Counted from the first letter of the stretch, positions 28,597-38,367 are shown. The stretch: DNA of 50,111 nucleotides from an uncultured virus (IMG/VR IMGVR_UViG_3300009111_000004) (IMGVR_UViG_3300009111_000004), one strand, 5' to 3'. Made by a program: numbers and translations. The notes: generated by a model not told the origin, from the sequence alone.

Positions 28597-28910
28597 TCTA
28601 GTAATTTGGCTATTCGACGAAATAGAATCTCACTGCATTGACCCATTACTCCATATCGTGAATAATATATTTTATAAGGGCATCGAACGAAATCAGGGTG
28701 AGTCGCGTCATGTACTTCCCATTCAGATCGGTGTATCACAGAAGTAATTAGAATCTTATCACCAATTACCAAAGGAGCTATTGCATACTCTGGCTCTGCT
28801 TTGATGACCTCCCATAGTTGTCCTGGTCGAATTGATGGCCATGGGTCACAGGCGTCACGCTGTTTCTTTAGAGACCAGCGGATTTTGCTTTGTTGATTAT
28901 AATGAGGCAT
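28590..28910 (-). CDS. GQIW-family protein
   Basis: PGQLWEV...IGDKILI. Confidence 0.8.
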   Translation of the reverse strand: MPHYNQQSKIRWSLKKQRDACDPWPSIRPGQLWEVIKAEPEYAIAPLVIGDKILITSVIHRSEWEVHDATHPDFVRCPYKIYYSRYGVMGQCSEILFRRIAKLLEW

Positions 28911-28911
28911 T

Positions 28912-29181
28912 CTATTCGATTTTATTGGATAGAATCTCCCGACCCATCGTCTTATGGCCAGCTACCATAAGCTGGGCCCTCCAGATAATCTGTAGTTCAG
29001 CAGCGGCTACTTGGAACTTCTTCTTCCAAGCTCGAATTGCTTGTTCAGTTACTTTCACATCTTCTAGATTAAACGGACTGGACATGGCCATAACATATGC
29101 TCCTGTTTGACTGCGCGTTATTGTCGAAACCCACACCTCGGGCAATATGCACCAATCCAGTAGGCCCAACGAAACTGGCAT
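28912..29181 (-). CDS. hypothetical protein (start uncertain)
   Basis: ORF track. Confidence 0.55.
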   Translation of the reverse strand: MPVSLGLLDWCILPEVWVSTITRSQTGAYVMAMSSPFNLEDVKVTEQAIRAWKKKFQVAAAELQIIWRAQLMVAGHKTMGREILSNKIE

Positions 29182-29208
29182 CTAGAGCAATAGCGATATT
29201 GCATCGAT

Positions 29209-29439
29209 CTATGCCTCCCGCAGTAGTTCACAGCGACGGCATTCAACGTATGAATCATCTTCGACAAAAAGGTAGCACAACCGACTGGTTATTGGGTGAA
29301 CAATGAATCCATTTACGGTTGCTACAGATTGACGAGACTTAAATGGTTTCTTACTCTTCTTTCGTACGGTCGCCCCAATATTTTTACGATATTCGACCAC
29401 TTCATCGGAAGAATCCTGATTGTGACTAGGAGATCTCAT
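29209..29439 (-). CDS. hypothetical phage protein
   Basis: KKSKKPFKS...HPIT...DDSYVECRRC. Confidence 0.75.
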   Translation of the reverse strand: MRSPSHNQDSSDEVVEYRKNIGATVRKKSKKPFKSRQSVATVNGFIVHPITSRLCYLFVEDDSYVECRRCELLREA

Positions 29440-29456
29440 GAATATGTTCCTTGATA

Positions 29457-29687
29457 CTAGATCAGCAATCTAGCATATTCCTCAATCCAACTGCGACTTG
29501 CCGTCATGGTAAATAAATTTAGAAGTTGGACTCGATAAATATCGGAGCCATGAAAGTGCCGAAGACGGGCCCTAGTCTCTAGGGCGACAATGATTAATTT
29601 ATCTCCTTCATATATCTTATACGGACCCCAATTATAGTCATGTTTTATTTGCCAGATCTGGCCTGGACTCATGTCGTTATTGGACAT
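29457..29687 (-). CDS. GQIW-family protein
   Basis: PGQIWQI...EGDKLII. Confidence 0.8.
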   Translation of the reverse strand: MSNNDMSPGQIWQIKHDYNWGPYKIYEGDKLIIVALETRARLRHFHGSDIYRVQLLNLFTMTASRSWIEEYARLLI

Positions 29688-29692
29688 ATGAT

Positions 29693-30115
29693 CTAGTATG
29701 GCCCAATTACAACTCGCTTCTCCAGTTTCTTAATTGTAATCTCAATACTCGGCACAATCATATTGAGTGTGTTAGATATGCGTTTATACTCTTTAATACA
29801 CTCCCTTCTAGTGATTGTATATGGATTGGCGTCTAGATTACTATTAGACCACTTTTTGAATATAGTGCCAATTCGACCGAGGAAAATAGTAATATTTGGA
29901 TCGATATCATGCCAGTCCGAAGTGTTCCTAAGATTGTGCCAGTATTTGGCTGCACATAACGCGTACAAAATCATACATCTACGATCAGATAAGTTCGCGT
30001 GTGTTAAAGTGGCAATATGCATAAAGAATCTCTTGGCATCAAATGCGGTCTTTGGCGCATGGATCGGACCTAGACTAGTCAATCTTCGTAGGAGATTTCG
30101 TATATTTACATTCAC
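29693..30115 (-). CDS. hypothetical protein
   Basis: ORF track. Confidence 0.65.
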   Translation of the reverse strand: MNVNIRNLLRRLTSLGPIHAPKTAFDAKRFFMHIATLTHANLSDRRCMILYALCAAKYWHNLRNTSDWHDIDPNITIFLGRIGTIFKKWSNSNLDANPYTITRRECIKEYKRISNTLNMIVPSIEITIKKLEKRVVIGPY

Positions 30116-30168
30116 CTATCGACTCCTTATCCGACTCACCAGCATCGATCTGCTGGAGCATTGTCTGC

Positions 30169-30366
30169 TCAATTACTTGTGAAGACTGCAATGCCGACTA
30201 TTATTAATAGTAGTACAACTACAAAAATAGATGTAATCCAAAGTGGACTAAGAACCCAAACCCAACTCCAGTTAATATAATTCGTCAATTTAAGGACAAT
30301 GAAACAAATCGTAAGAAGCCCAACAAAACCAATACCACCCTGCTGACTATGTCCATTTTCTGCCAC
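30169..30366 (-). CDS. small two-TM phage membrane protein
   Basis: GGIGFVGLLTICFIVLKL...WSWVWVLSPLWI; GTG start inferred. Confidence 0.8.
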   Translation of the reverse strand: MAENGHSQQGGIGFVGLLTICFIVLKLTNYINWSWVWVLSPLWITSIFVVVLLLIIVGIAVFTSN

Positions 30367-30406
30367 TATAGCACCTCGGTTATGAGTATGTTTGTATGAT
30401 CCAATA

Positions 30407-30646
30407 TTAATATGTAATTTCACGGGCCCATATATTAAAATCGTGTGGTCGTAATCTAAATTCCATTCCCCAATAACAACAATGGATCCATTGATATGTA
30501 TCCGAGCCAAAAACAGGATATTCATAACCAATAATGACGAAACGATCTCCGGGTACTAGCTCAATAAATTGTCGATCGTCCATGCAAGGCATATGTAGAC
30601 GAGTTGTCATCTCCCAGATCTGACCTGTACTAATCAATCTTTCCAT
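30407..30646 (-). CDS. GQIW-family protein
   Basis: TGQIWEM...PGDRFVI. Confidence 0.8.
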   Translation of the reverse strand: MERLISTGQIWEMTTRLHMPCMDDRQFIELVPGDRFVIIGYEYPVFGSDTYQWIHCCYWGMEFRLRPHDFNIWAREITY

Positions 30647-30658
30647 AGAATTATATCC

Positions 30659-30729
30659 GGGCGACGCCGGAAGTCTTCATTATATTCCGGCGTCGCCCAT
30701 CATTTCTCAGGAATACGTATTCCTGAGAA
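30659..30729. terminator. 14-bp GC-rich hairpin plus perfect 26-bp palindrome
   Basis: gggcgacgccggaa..ttccggcgtcgccc; ttctcaggaatacgtattcctgagaa. Confidence 0.6.
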
Positions 30730-30874
30730 GGGCACCTGGGTTGCGGATGCCTCCACCACCTGGTTGAACTACTGGGCTAACCAGGAAGCCCATTACGTCG
30801 GCTCGCGGGATTATCGTACCCTATCCACATGGCCAAACCCAGATACTGGGTGCAAGAGGCTTGTGGGAGCCGAA

Positions 30875-31260
30875 TGGAGGTGCGGGGAATCGAACCCCGG
30901 TGTAGGAAACTTACGGTCAAGGTTTCTACGAGCGTAGCTCCGGTTTAGGTATACTGTCAGGGCTATACCGAGCAACTATCCCTGAACCAGTCGCCGTCGA
31001 TTTGTAACCTTAAGCCCCAGGATCGACGACCGTCTCTGGGTCCGCATCCCCCAAATGGACGTTTTCACGGGATGGGGGACCTCCCCGTTACTAACGGCTG
31101 GACTCTTAAGGACCAGCATCACCCTGGCTATTACGCCATGGCGACGGGCGCAACGAAACCGTTGGCCTTTGTTGTTTTGGTCGGCTTTTTACGGGGCCAG
31201 CTGACCAACCCCGGCTCGCTCCTTGTTCCTTGGGCTCCCTATCGAAACCAGTTCACCCCC
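30875..31260 (-). ncRNA. ssrA: tmRNA; tag peptide ANGFVAPVAMA; no encoded CCA
   Basis: 5' GGGGGTGAACTGGTTTCGA; 3' CCGGGGTTCGATTCCCCGCACCTCCA with G3-U70; tag ORF 31131-31166. Confidence 0.93.
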
Positions 31261-31277
31261 GTGAATACTATGACTAA

Positions 31278-31544
31278 CTACTCTATACTAACAGTGAGCG
31301 TTTTACTATACGGATCAAACCTAAATGCATGGCGCGCATCTTGTTTAATTATATCATAATCGATGTTTTCATTCGTACACCAAAGTTGATCTGACCAAAT
31401 ACCATCCCAGAAGACGCGACCGGCAGTTAGATGTCTACCATCTACATTAGATGTTTGAAAACACCAATGTCCTAGACTGATGGACCACCACACTCGAACT
31501 TTTTTAACTTGATTCATCGTGTAATCCAGAGCTGGTGTATTCAC
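31278..31544 (-). CDS. hypothetical protein
   Basis: ORF track. Confidence 0.7.
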   Translation of the reverse strand: MNTPALDYTMNQVKKVRVWWSISLGHWCFQTSNVDGRHLTAGRVFWDGIWSDQLWCTNENIDYDIIKQDARHAFRFDPYSKTLTVSIE

Positions 31545-31579
31545 CTACGATCTCACGCGAGAGCGCCAGCCCATGGCAC

Positions 31580-31595
31580 TGCAAATCGCGGGCCG
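31580..31595 (-). promoter_or_regulatory. sigma54-type promoter motif upstream of the ORF + tmRNA unit
   Basis: CGGCCCGCGATTTGCA. Confidence 0.7.
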
Positions 31596-31610
31596 AGACG
31601 AATGTGTCAA

Positions 31611-31877
31611 TTACATAAATCGTAGTCTGCTACCAATATCCATCTGATCACTCTCGCTCTCGTCATTATTAATAAAGATTTGTTGATTCTTGTCTTCTTC
31701 AAGACTAAAAGTCCTTCTTAGCTCGTTTACTGTTAATCCATTGCTATTAAAACCTCGTATAATTAACCCATTAAAAATTCCTACTATGGGTAATAATCCT
31801 GTGACACATTGCATATAAACTTTTCTAGACTGATCACTTACTGAATCTAGTAGCGCCTCAACTTCGTTGATAGTCAT
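31611..31877 (-). CDS. hypothetical protein
   Basis: ORF track. Confidence 0.6.
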   Translation of the reverse strand: MTINEVEALLDSVSDQSRKVYMQCVTGLLPIVGIFNGLIIRGFNSNGLTVNELRRTFSLEEDKNQQIFINNDESESDQMDIGSRLRFM

Positions 31878-32072
31878 ATTATTTATGTTTATTCGTTATA
31901 GATCATCAACAGGATCAATCCAGATTACATTAATTGAATTAGGCATTCCATAAGATATGTTTCCAGTCTCCTCGATACAAAGATAGCTACTTGGGAAGAA
32001 ACACCCGACTGCCCCAGTTTTCTTGTTTATCCACCTACGAGGTTTCATTATGTCGTTCAATGGCATATAACC

Positions 32073-32432
32073 CTACCTGCTGAAGATTCGGCGCCACCAT
32101 GAGTAATGTCTATGCTCGATAGGTAGAGGCGTTCCATCTTCGCGTACAAATTGATATTTGTACCCCCCATAGTCACTTGTACCATTCGGATTAGTGGTTC
32201 TGAGGCAGAATTCGTTGTAATATGGTTCAAACAAGGCGATTATAGTAAGTAGGTTGCCTACTGAAGTTCCATCCTTAAGGGTCTTCAATACTGGATAAAT
32301 CCCATCAACCTTTGGATATGTAAATCCGGGTTGGTTATGTTGTTTAACTCCGGTCGGAGGAACTGCAAGGATCTTCACGAACCCACCATACTCTTGTTTG
32401 TCACGTAGCGGATGATGGTTATACACAGCCAC
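32073..32432 (-). CDS. hypothetical protein
   Basis: AAGGAG SD before GTG. Confidence 0.75.
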   Translation of the reverse strand: MAVYNHHPLRDKQEYGGFVKILAVPPTGVKQHNQPGFTYPKVDGIYPVLKTLKDGTSVGNLLTIIALFEPYYNEFCLRTTNPNGTSDYGGYKYQFVREDGTPLPIEHRHYSWWRRIFSR

Positions 32433-32491
32433 TCCTTTATGGTTGATCGATCTGTACTAGTCTTTATATGATAAAGGTGAGAATTAAAATT

Positions 32492-32737
32492 CTATAACCA
32501 ATCGTGATCATAGCGACCACAGACCACCAGTTCAGCAGTTGATACTGTAACGAGTGAATTACGAGTAGAACATAGTACTATTCCACGATCCCGTTTGAGT
32601 AGACCAATTGTGATCAAATAAGATTCTGGGCAGAGTTCCAAACTAGTCGCCTGCTCTGTAGCCACCTTGAGAGTTTTTATAATATACCAAACCTGATTTC
32701 CATCGACTGGTGGATTATGATGTAATTGGCTATCCAT
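32492..32737 (-). CDS. divergent GQIW-family protein
   Basis: GNQVWYI...PESYLI. Confidence 0.55.
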   Translation of the reverse strand: MDSQLHHNPPVDGNQVWYIIKTLKVATEQATSLELCPESYLITIGLLKRDRGIVLCSTRNSLVTVSTAELVVCGRYDHDWL

Positions 32738-32740
32738 AGT

Positions 32741-33157
32741 CTAATTCACGTCATCATGATCATACATGCCTGTGGCTGTAGCCGCATCACTAGAAATGTG
32801 ATCATCTTCTGGAGAGCAATCATCACAGAAATATTCACTTTTGTCTTTATCCGGGTTGTGAATCATGTCAGTGGCTTGATTTCCACATGGACAGAGTATT
32901 TGTTCTTCTTGCTCTTCCCGCCAAGCGTCGAACGATTGGACCGTATCGAATCCATCATTGGAATCTGCCACACAAGCCCGGCACTTGATAAAACCACTAT
33001 TAGTGGGATATGCATTAAATAGGCCCAAGGATTCTGTACAAATACATCCAGAGAAGAACGGTACTCCTACTTGGTCTGCGTCTTCAGCTGACACAGAATC
33101 AGTTTTAGGGTTTTTACCCGACTTATAACAAACATACTCATACAGAGCAATCGGCAT
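32741..33157 (-). CDS. Cys-rich acidic zinc-binding-like protein
   Basis: CIC, CRAC, CPC and CDDC pairs. Confidence 0.7.
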   Translation of the reverse strand: MPIALYEYVCYKSGKNPKTDSVSAEDADQVGVPFFSGCICTESLGLFNAYPTNSGFIKCRACVADSNDGFDTVQSFDAWREEQEEQILCPCGNQATDMIHNPDKDKSEYFCDDCSPEDDHISSDAATATGMYDHDDVN

Positions 33158-33162
33158 TTGTT

Positions 33163-33474
33163 CTATTCCCTCAGTTGGATTCCATCAATGTCCCATACAA
33201 GTATACCGTCAGGACGCGTTAAATATAGGATATGGTCAGCTATTGTATCGTCGTTAATCCCGGTGAATCGTGTTAAATCGCCTATCATACATCCAGGGTG
33301 ATCTTGAACATAACTTATAATTTTGTGTACTAGCACACTTTGAATCAAAACATGACGTGATTGATTCACTATATGTTTGAGATCTAGGGTGGCAGTCATG
33401 CTATGTGCTAATGAAGGAAATTCAGATTGAGATCTATTCAACTTTCTTCTCTTCATAATCTGGGCCCCAGACAC
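33163..33474 (-). CDS. putative winged-HTH protein
   Basis: IISYVQDHPGCMIGDLTRFTGINDDTIADHILYL. Confidence 0.6.
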   Translation of the reverse strand: MSGAQIMKRRKLNRSQSEFPSLAHSMTATLDLKHIVNQSRHVLIQSVLVHKIISYVQDHPGCMIGDLTRFTGINDDTIADHILYLTRPDGILVWDIDGIQLRE

Positions 33475-33706
33475 GATCCTTAATAATCAATCGACCATCA
33501 GGTAGCTCATCAGCCTCGTGTGTCTGTAGGTTATATACCCCATTCTCAGAGTATTGACTAGCAAGACGACGCTGTTGGCTGAAACTCATCATCAAAGTTT
33601 TAGCTTCCTCCTTGGTTCGAAAAGGTCCAGCTAAGAAATTGTCATAGCTACAACAAGAACAACCTGTTGTAGCTTCAACTAAGAAAACTTGAATCTTTTG
33701 GAACAT
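33434..33706 (-). CDS. hypothetical protein
   Basis: ORF track. Confidence 0.7.
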   Translation of the reverse strand: MFQKIQVFLVEATTGCSCCSYDNFLAGPFRTKEEAKTLMMSFSQQRRLASQYSENGVYNLQTHEADELPDGRLIIKDRVWGPDYEEKKVE

Positions 33707-33708
33707 AG

Positions 33709-34056
33709 TTACCTACTCAACCTAGATCGGAAAAAATTCGTAATATCATATTGAAGATCTGACCACCCATCGTGATCATCGTCGTCATAAAACTGGGCGA
33801 GCCACCCTGGCACAGTCTCTTTGGTGATGGGCTCAGTACCATCAAGGAACATATAAGCAATTTCAGTTAGCGATGCGTCTTGAAATACTGTAGCCTTAGT
33901 TAGAGCCACAAACCAAAGAATATTCTCATCAGTTGGCTCCCAAATATGGTCTTCGTCGGTCTGTATTCCGATCATAGGGGGCACAATAATCCCAACGCCA
34001 ACTGCAGATTCAATCATGACTGCTCTCAAATCTTCAAATGTGGTAGGCTTCTTCAT
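33709..34056 (-). CDS. acidic hypothetical protein
   Basis: ORF track. Confidence 0.7.
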   Translation of the reverse strand: MKKPTTFEDLRAVMIESAVGVGIIVPPMIGIQTDEDHIWEPTDENILWFVALTKATVFQDASLTEIAYMFLDGTEPITKETVPGWLAQFYDDDDHDGWSDLQYDITNFFRSRLSR

Positions 34057-34187
34057 TGGATAGTTCCCAACTCATGCGTCTGCACGGGCCTGGCCATGGT
34101 TATCTTAACGATCGTCTGCACGATACATCAATCCGCTCTTTAACATGGTACTAATGGTTTCTTGTGCGAGTCATCATTATGTTATGA

Positions 34188-34439
34188 TTAAAAGTTTGCT
34201 CGAATAAACGCTGCAATTTTGCTCGGTGTAACTTGTGCTTCTAATGGTAAATTATGACCATGACAACATTCACATCTCTGTGAGAGCGCGTCCTGTAATA
34301 CTTCTGCAGGTAGATCTAAGATCTTATGAATACAAATACACTTAGATCCAGTATCCTTAGGACCTCTTACCTTAATGTAAGAATTCCCTACTATATACCT
34401 ATATTTCTGACCACCAACGTTTATAATACGATAACTCAA
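34188..34439 (-). CDS. hypothetical protein
   Basis: ORF track. Confidence 0.65.
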   Translation of the reverse strand: MSYRIINVGGQKYRYIVGNSYIKVRGPKDTGSKCICIHKILDLPAEVLQDALSQRCECCHGHNLPLEAQVTPSKIAAFIRANF

Positions 34440-34451
34440 GTGTATTCCTAT

Positions 34452-34739
34452 TTAGAATTTGCGCTCAGCTTCAATTTGATGTTGAACCCACTCATCGTAA
34501 CCGAGTTTAGTGTCTCCATTACTAACCTCATAAATCCAGTCAGTGAGTGGAAAGCGTAAATCGTCGGACTTAGAATTATCTATCCTTTGCACCTCAAGTA
34601 GATGTTGGAAATTAGTCTTAAGATTCGTGATCTCCTTAGTCAGAATGCGAATAAGTTTTTTGTCTCCCTCGAAGAATGGGGCTCTGAAGATATATAGTTT
34701 AAGAGTCTTCTCGAAACGATTTAGATTGAAAGACGCCAT
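34452..34739 (-). CDS. hypothetical protein
   Basis: AGGAG SD; DWIYEVSNGDTKLGYDEWV. Confidence 0.75.
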   Translation of the reverse strand: MASFNLNRFEKTLKLYIFRAPFFEGDKKLIRILTKEITNLKTNFQHLLEVQRIDNSKSDDLRFPLTDWIYEVSNGDTKLGYDEWVQHQIEAERKF

Positions 34740-34966
34740 TAGCGTATCTCCTTTATCCTAACACAAGGTATTTGAATTAACAAGCCAAACACTAAATATG
34801 CCATATCAACTACTTGGTCCTCGTGATTAAACCCACCATAATGGATCTACCATTGTTGCCTTGATTCATGACTAGGTTGAAGCTTTCAGTAGACATGAAA
34901 CACCCGATGGGAGATTACGTGATTAATTATACCTACCCAAATCGGACCGGCTCACCTGCGGAAGAT

Positions 34967-34982
34967 TGCAACGCACGTTCCA
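34967..34982 (-). promoter_or_regulatory. sigma54-type promoter motif
   Basis: TGGAACGTGCGTTGCA. Confidence 0.6.
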
Positions 34983-35041
34983 GCCCGCACTGCTTAATTA
35001 TCTCATCGCAAGAGCTCCATATTACACAAGTAAAATTATAA

Positions 35042-35320
35042 CTAACTCGGTGACGGAATTTCGTATTGATCCCGTTCAATAATAGTCTTCATCTTTGCTT
35101 TGATCTGCTCATGTTGAGCATTGCTTTCATCAACCGAAGCGACTTTCGGTCTATAGCATTTCATGAACAGTTCGGTTAACGCCAATTCTACACCCAACGA
35201 ATGAGAAGGAGGTAGTTCCATCAATTCAAGGAGTTGGTCGAATGATGGCGCCCCAAGCTCATATGCGTAGTAATACCAGGTGAGATACTGTTTGAGTTCA
35301 CCAACATTCCGGGTGGTCAC
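35042..35320 (-). CDS. hypothetical protein
   Basis: GAGG SD. Confidence 0.7.
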   Translation of the reverse strand: MTTRNVGELKQYLTWYYYAYELGAPSFDQLLELMELPPSHSLGVELALTELFMKCYRPKVASVDESNAQHEQIKAKMKTIIERDQYEIPSPS

Positions 35321-35551
35321 AGTATTCCTCTTATTCTAGGTTCGCTTCAGCTCCAATAGAAGCGAAGCAGCGTCGGCAAACGTCCGACCCTCTTCTCGCC
35401 ACTTAGCGAGAGGATCAGCCATCTTGGCTTAGGCCCGGAGAAAGGAGCGATATGAACCCTGAAATGCACCACTGTCTACAGAGTCATGCCAATATCGCTT
35501 CAACTCATTACTGGTGATTTTACGTAGTTCATTATGCATAGATTTTGAGAT

Positions 35552-35788
35552 TTATTCCAAGGGACGATCTAGCGCTCGTAGGATAACATTAGCATGATCC
35601 TCTAGACGGATAGCATGAACTTGCATACCTGGCATCCGCCATAGGGTTTGAGTTGCTATCAACAGGGAGTGAGCTAGACTCAACCGAGGTACTGTATTGG
35701 GCTGAGTATGTTTCAGGGTAAGCTGAAATTCCAGTTGCTGAATTTGGTCTCTGAGGTTCATATCAACTCGTTTATTCGCAGACCTCAA
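35552..35788 (-). CDS. hypothetical protein
   Basis: ORF track; likely start MNLRDQ. Confidence 0.65.
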   Translation of the reverse strand: MRSANKRVDMNLRDQIQQLEFQLTLKHTQPNTVPRLSLAHSLLIATQTLWRMPGMQVHAIRLEDHANVILRALDRPLE

Positions 35789-35991
35789 AAGGTGAGAATA
35801 TCATGAATTCCGTTAATGAAACGTAGCTCATGACAATTAGCGATTCTACGCCGAGCTAGGATGATGCCTGCGGCCCGTTTTTCATCAAGCCATTTCTGAA
35901 TGGCTCTCTTTCGACTATGTGCTTCGACAAGGTACCGAACACTGTCACCGTCATAATTCAAAAAGAAAAGCTTGTTCATTTGATTACCCAT
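35785..35991 (-). CDS. hypothetical protein
   Basis: ORF track. Confidence 0.65.
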   Translation of the reverse strand: MGNQMNKLFFLNYDGDSVRYLVEAHSRKRAIQKWLDEKRAAGIILARRRIANCHELRFINGIHDILTF

Positions 35992-36206
35992 TAATTATAC
36001 AGTTGGAAACCTACTCTAATCGTACCAGAAATAAATTCTCCAACGCGTTTAGGACGGCATTTTGGACTGTGACAACAATATTGTAAGTGGAGGAAATTTT
36101 GGAAGCTGCGCCTGAAGTGTGGTCGTACATGATCCACACAAATGGCCATAAACAACTGAAACCTTACCACAGCGGACACATATCTTCATCGTTACCCCCG
36201 AAGGAT

Positions 36207-36524
36207 TTAATCTGATACTGCAACTACTGAGGTTGCATGCTCGATCCATGCTTCCCAGTAAGGGATGTATGCTCCATCTCCATTTGAATTCAGTACGGGC
36301 TGTATCACTGCTTTCGTCTTTGTCAACACTTTCAATGCTTCTCGTGCTGTCCCTTGATCCGGATACCATGTCGCAGTGTTCTGTGATCCTCCCAGCGCAC
36401 ACCTCTGCTGTAGGAGCACTCCAATGGGCACATCGCTGGCAACCAATGCCTTGCCTCTCACTGGCACGCCGTGTGCTATCACCATACCAGATTTGACTTC
36501 CACCTCTTCACCGTTCAACTTCAT
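36207..36524 (-). CDS. hypothetical protein
   Basis: GGAGG SD. Confidence 0.75.
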   Translation of the reverse strand: MKLNGEEVEVKSGMVIAHGVPVRGKALVASDVPIGVLLQQRCALGGSQNTATWYPDQGTAREALKVLTKTKAVIQPVLNSNGDGAYIPYWEAWIEHATSVVAVSD

Positions 36525-36734
36525 TGTTATCCTCCATACTTACTTGGGTTGGTTGTCGGCTTTCACCCATGGTGTCCCCTCACCGGACCTACACCGACAT
36601 CGCCCGGCTAACTCATACATAGTCATGCCGGTCGCCTTACATGCAGGACATAGCCACTTAGACAGCTTACCCCTGGTTGTAAATTACCATATTCTATCTC
36701 TGTCGTCTACTATCCCTAATTAGTTGTTACTTTG

Positions 36735-36817
36735 TGGCCGATCTCGGATTCGAACCGAGATGGGGTTGCCCCCGAAGGATTTTAAGTCCTCTGCGTCTAC
36801 CCTTCCGCCAATCGGCC
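36735..36817 (-). tRNA. tRNA-Leu (TAA), no CCA
   Basis: GGCCGAT/ATCGGCC-A; GAGGA-CTTAAAA-TCCTT; variable arm GGGG-GCAA-CCCC; CTCGG-TTCGAAT-CCGAG. Confidence 0.93.
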
Positions 36818-36838
36818 AGTACCATACTACTTCTCCAC

Positions 36839-37027
36839 CTATTTACCGATCAAACTTTGACGTGCTCTTGCACGGATACTATCTTTTGTCTTGAACTTGG
36901 TCTGAAACGGTTGATCTCGAGGATCAGCTTTGGAACAGGATGGATGATGAGCGTATGCAATGTATGGTCCGTTGCATTCTTTGCAAGGTGATGGTTCATC
37001 CATCGGTCCTCTTTCCCAATCAACCAT
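36839..37027 (-). CDS. hypothetical protein
   Basis: ORF track. Confidence 0.55.
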   Translation of the reverse strand: MVDWERGPMDEPSPCKECNGPYIAYAHHPSCSKADPRDQPFQTKFKTKDSIRARARQSLIGK

Positions 37028-37051
37028 GATCTGTCCCCATTGCTAGTTTAA

Positions 37052-37312
37052 TTAGCGTACTACTTCTTCTGGTGCTGCTCCCTCCAATAATTGCTCTAAT
37101 ATGGGAGATACATCGGCCCATGTTCCCCTAATCAGCACATCTATGTATGTCCTAATCTCATAGATCTGCATGGTGCGAAGCCAAGCCACTTTAATATATG
37201 GATTTAACCAATGTCGTTGCGTAATAAGATGTCCTGGTATGATTATCACACCCTCAGCTTTATGGGTGTCAGTACGGTAGGCTTGTTCGAGTAACTTAGT
37301 TGCGGTAGTCAC
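37052..37312 (-). CDS. hypothetical protein
   Basis: ORF track; sigma54 motif upstream. Confidence 0.65.
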   Translation of the reverse strand: MTTATKLLEQAYRTDTHKAEGVIIIPGHLITQRHWLNPYIKVAWLRTMQIYEIRTYIDVLIRGTWADVSPILEQLLEGAAPEEVVR

Positions 37313-37405
37313 TAGATCTCAACCAAGGAGGTAGAGCTTATTACCATCACTTAGAGATTATGTCCCGGGCTTTGTTACTCGGCCCGCAGCCGACGCGTGG
37401 TTAAC

Positions 37406-37421
37406 TGCAAGCGCCGGGCCG
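37406..37421 (-). promoter_or_regulatory. sigma54-type promoter motif
   Basis: CGGCCCGGCGCTTGCA. Confidence 0.7.
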
Positions 37422-37487
37422 GCTTGCAACACTAAACTGGTTCTAAGTTTCCTTGATATAATTGAATTATTCATATAGGGCCCAGCC

Positions 37488-37521
37488 AGCCCTGACCCGC
37501 CAGCATTGGCGGGTCAGGGCT
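37488..37521 (-). terminator. 15-bp GC-rich hairpin after 37541..37876
   Basis: agccctgacccgcca-gcat-tggcgggtcagggct. Confidence 0.7.
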
Positions 37522-37540
37522 TATAGTCTGGGCTTATAGT

Positions 37541-37876
37541 TTACCACTTTCCGAGCGGGACCACGTAGGCCAGAGACGGCATGGTCGCCTTCTTCACGCG
37601 CTCAATATGGTCAAGCGTCGACTCGTCCTTGCCCCAGGGCAAGTATGCCTCCACCTTGCGCACCGGCATCTGATCCATGTACCCGCCGGAGTGAGCGATT
37701 TTACCCTTCCACTTCGTCACCTTCCGGTAGGCGGTCTCCGCCGAGGAGGCGGTCACCGTGAAAAGCTGCTTACCCCGACTGTGGCCGCTACGCTCAACCA
37801 AGACGTCACGAAGGAAGAAGAGAACGAAACGACGGCACTTCTTCTGAGGAAAACCTACTCTCGACATCTTCGCCAT
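37541..37876 (-). CDS. GC-rich basic hypothetical protein
   Basis: GGAG SD before MAKMSRV. Confidence 0.75.
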   Translation of the reverse strand: MAKMSRVGFPQKKCRRFVLFFLRDVLVERSGHSRGKQLFTVTASSAETAYRKVTKWKGKIAHSGGYMDQMPVRKVEAYLPWGKDESTLDHIERVKKATMPSLAYVVPLGKW

Positions 37877-37941
37877 TGTTGATCTCCAGTCCAAATGAAC
37901 ACCACGACACGGGGCGCCGCACGGGGCGCCGCCTGTGGGCC

Positions 37942-38000
37942 TGCGAGCGCCGCGCCCGATATCCTTAGTCAAACTAGTTCTGCGCGGCCCGCTACTTGCA
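37942..38000. promoter_or_regulatory. back-to-back sigma54-type motifs at the strand switch
   Basis: minus 37942-37957 GGGCGCGGCGCTCGCA; plus 37985-38000 CGGCCCGCTACTTGCA. Confidence 0.7.
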
Positions 38001-38081
38001 TTTTTAGACCCGGCCCCGAGCATGACCCGACCTACCTACACGAATATACTCAATACGTGTTTTAGTCCGTATAGCTCAGAT

Positions 38082-38309
38082 ATGAATCTGGAACCAATTA
38101 ATAATGATATTCAGATTATGGTAGGGTCAGTTTGGTGGGCTAGAACAAACATTTATTGGTATGGTGAATTATTGCTTCATGCCTACGATAAAGTTCTTGT
38201 CAAGAATGTTACTCAAAATATGGTTAGTTTTATTTTCAATAATAGTAACGATGTGTGGGTCATGGACTGCGATGAATTTATCTCTATGTGTGAATTAGCT
38301 CTACTGTGA
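38082..38309 (+). CDS. GQIW-family protein
   Basis: VGSVWWA...AYDKVLV...MCEL. Confidence 0.75.
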   Translation: MNLEPINNDIQIMVGSVWWARTNIYWYGELLLHAYDKVLVKNVTQNMVSFIFNNSNDVWVMDCDEFISMCELALL

Positions 38310-38367
38310 AAACCTATATTATCAAATTAGGATAAATTTAAGTGATACCTAGATGGGTCTAATAACT

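Noticed and set aside
31072..31359. plus-strand ORF
   Set aside because: Antisense to tmRNA.
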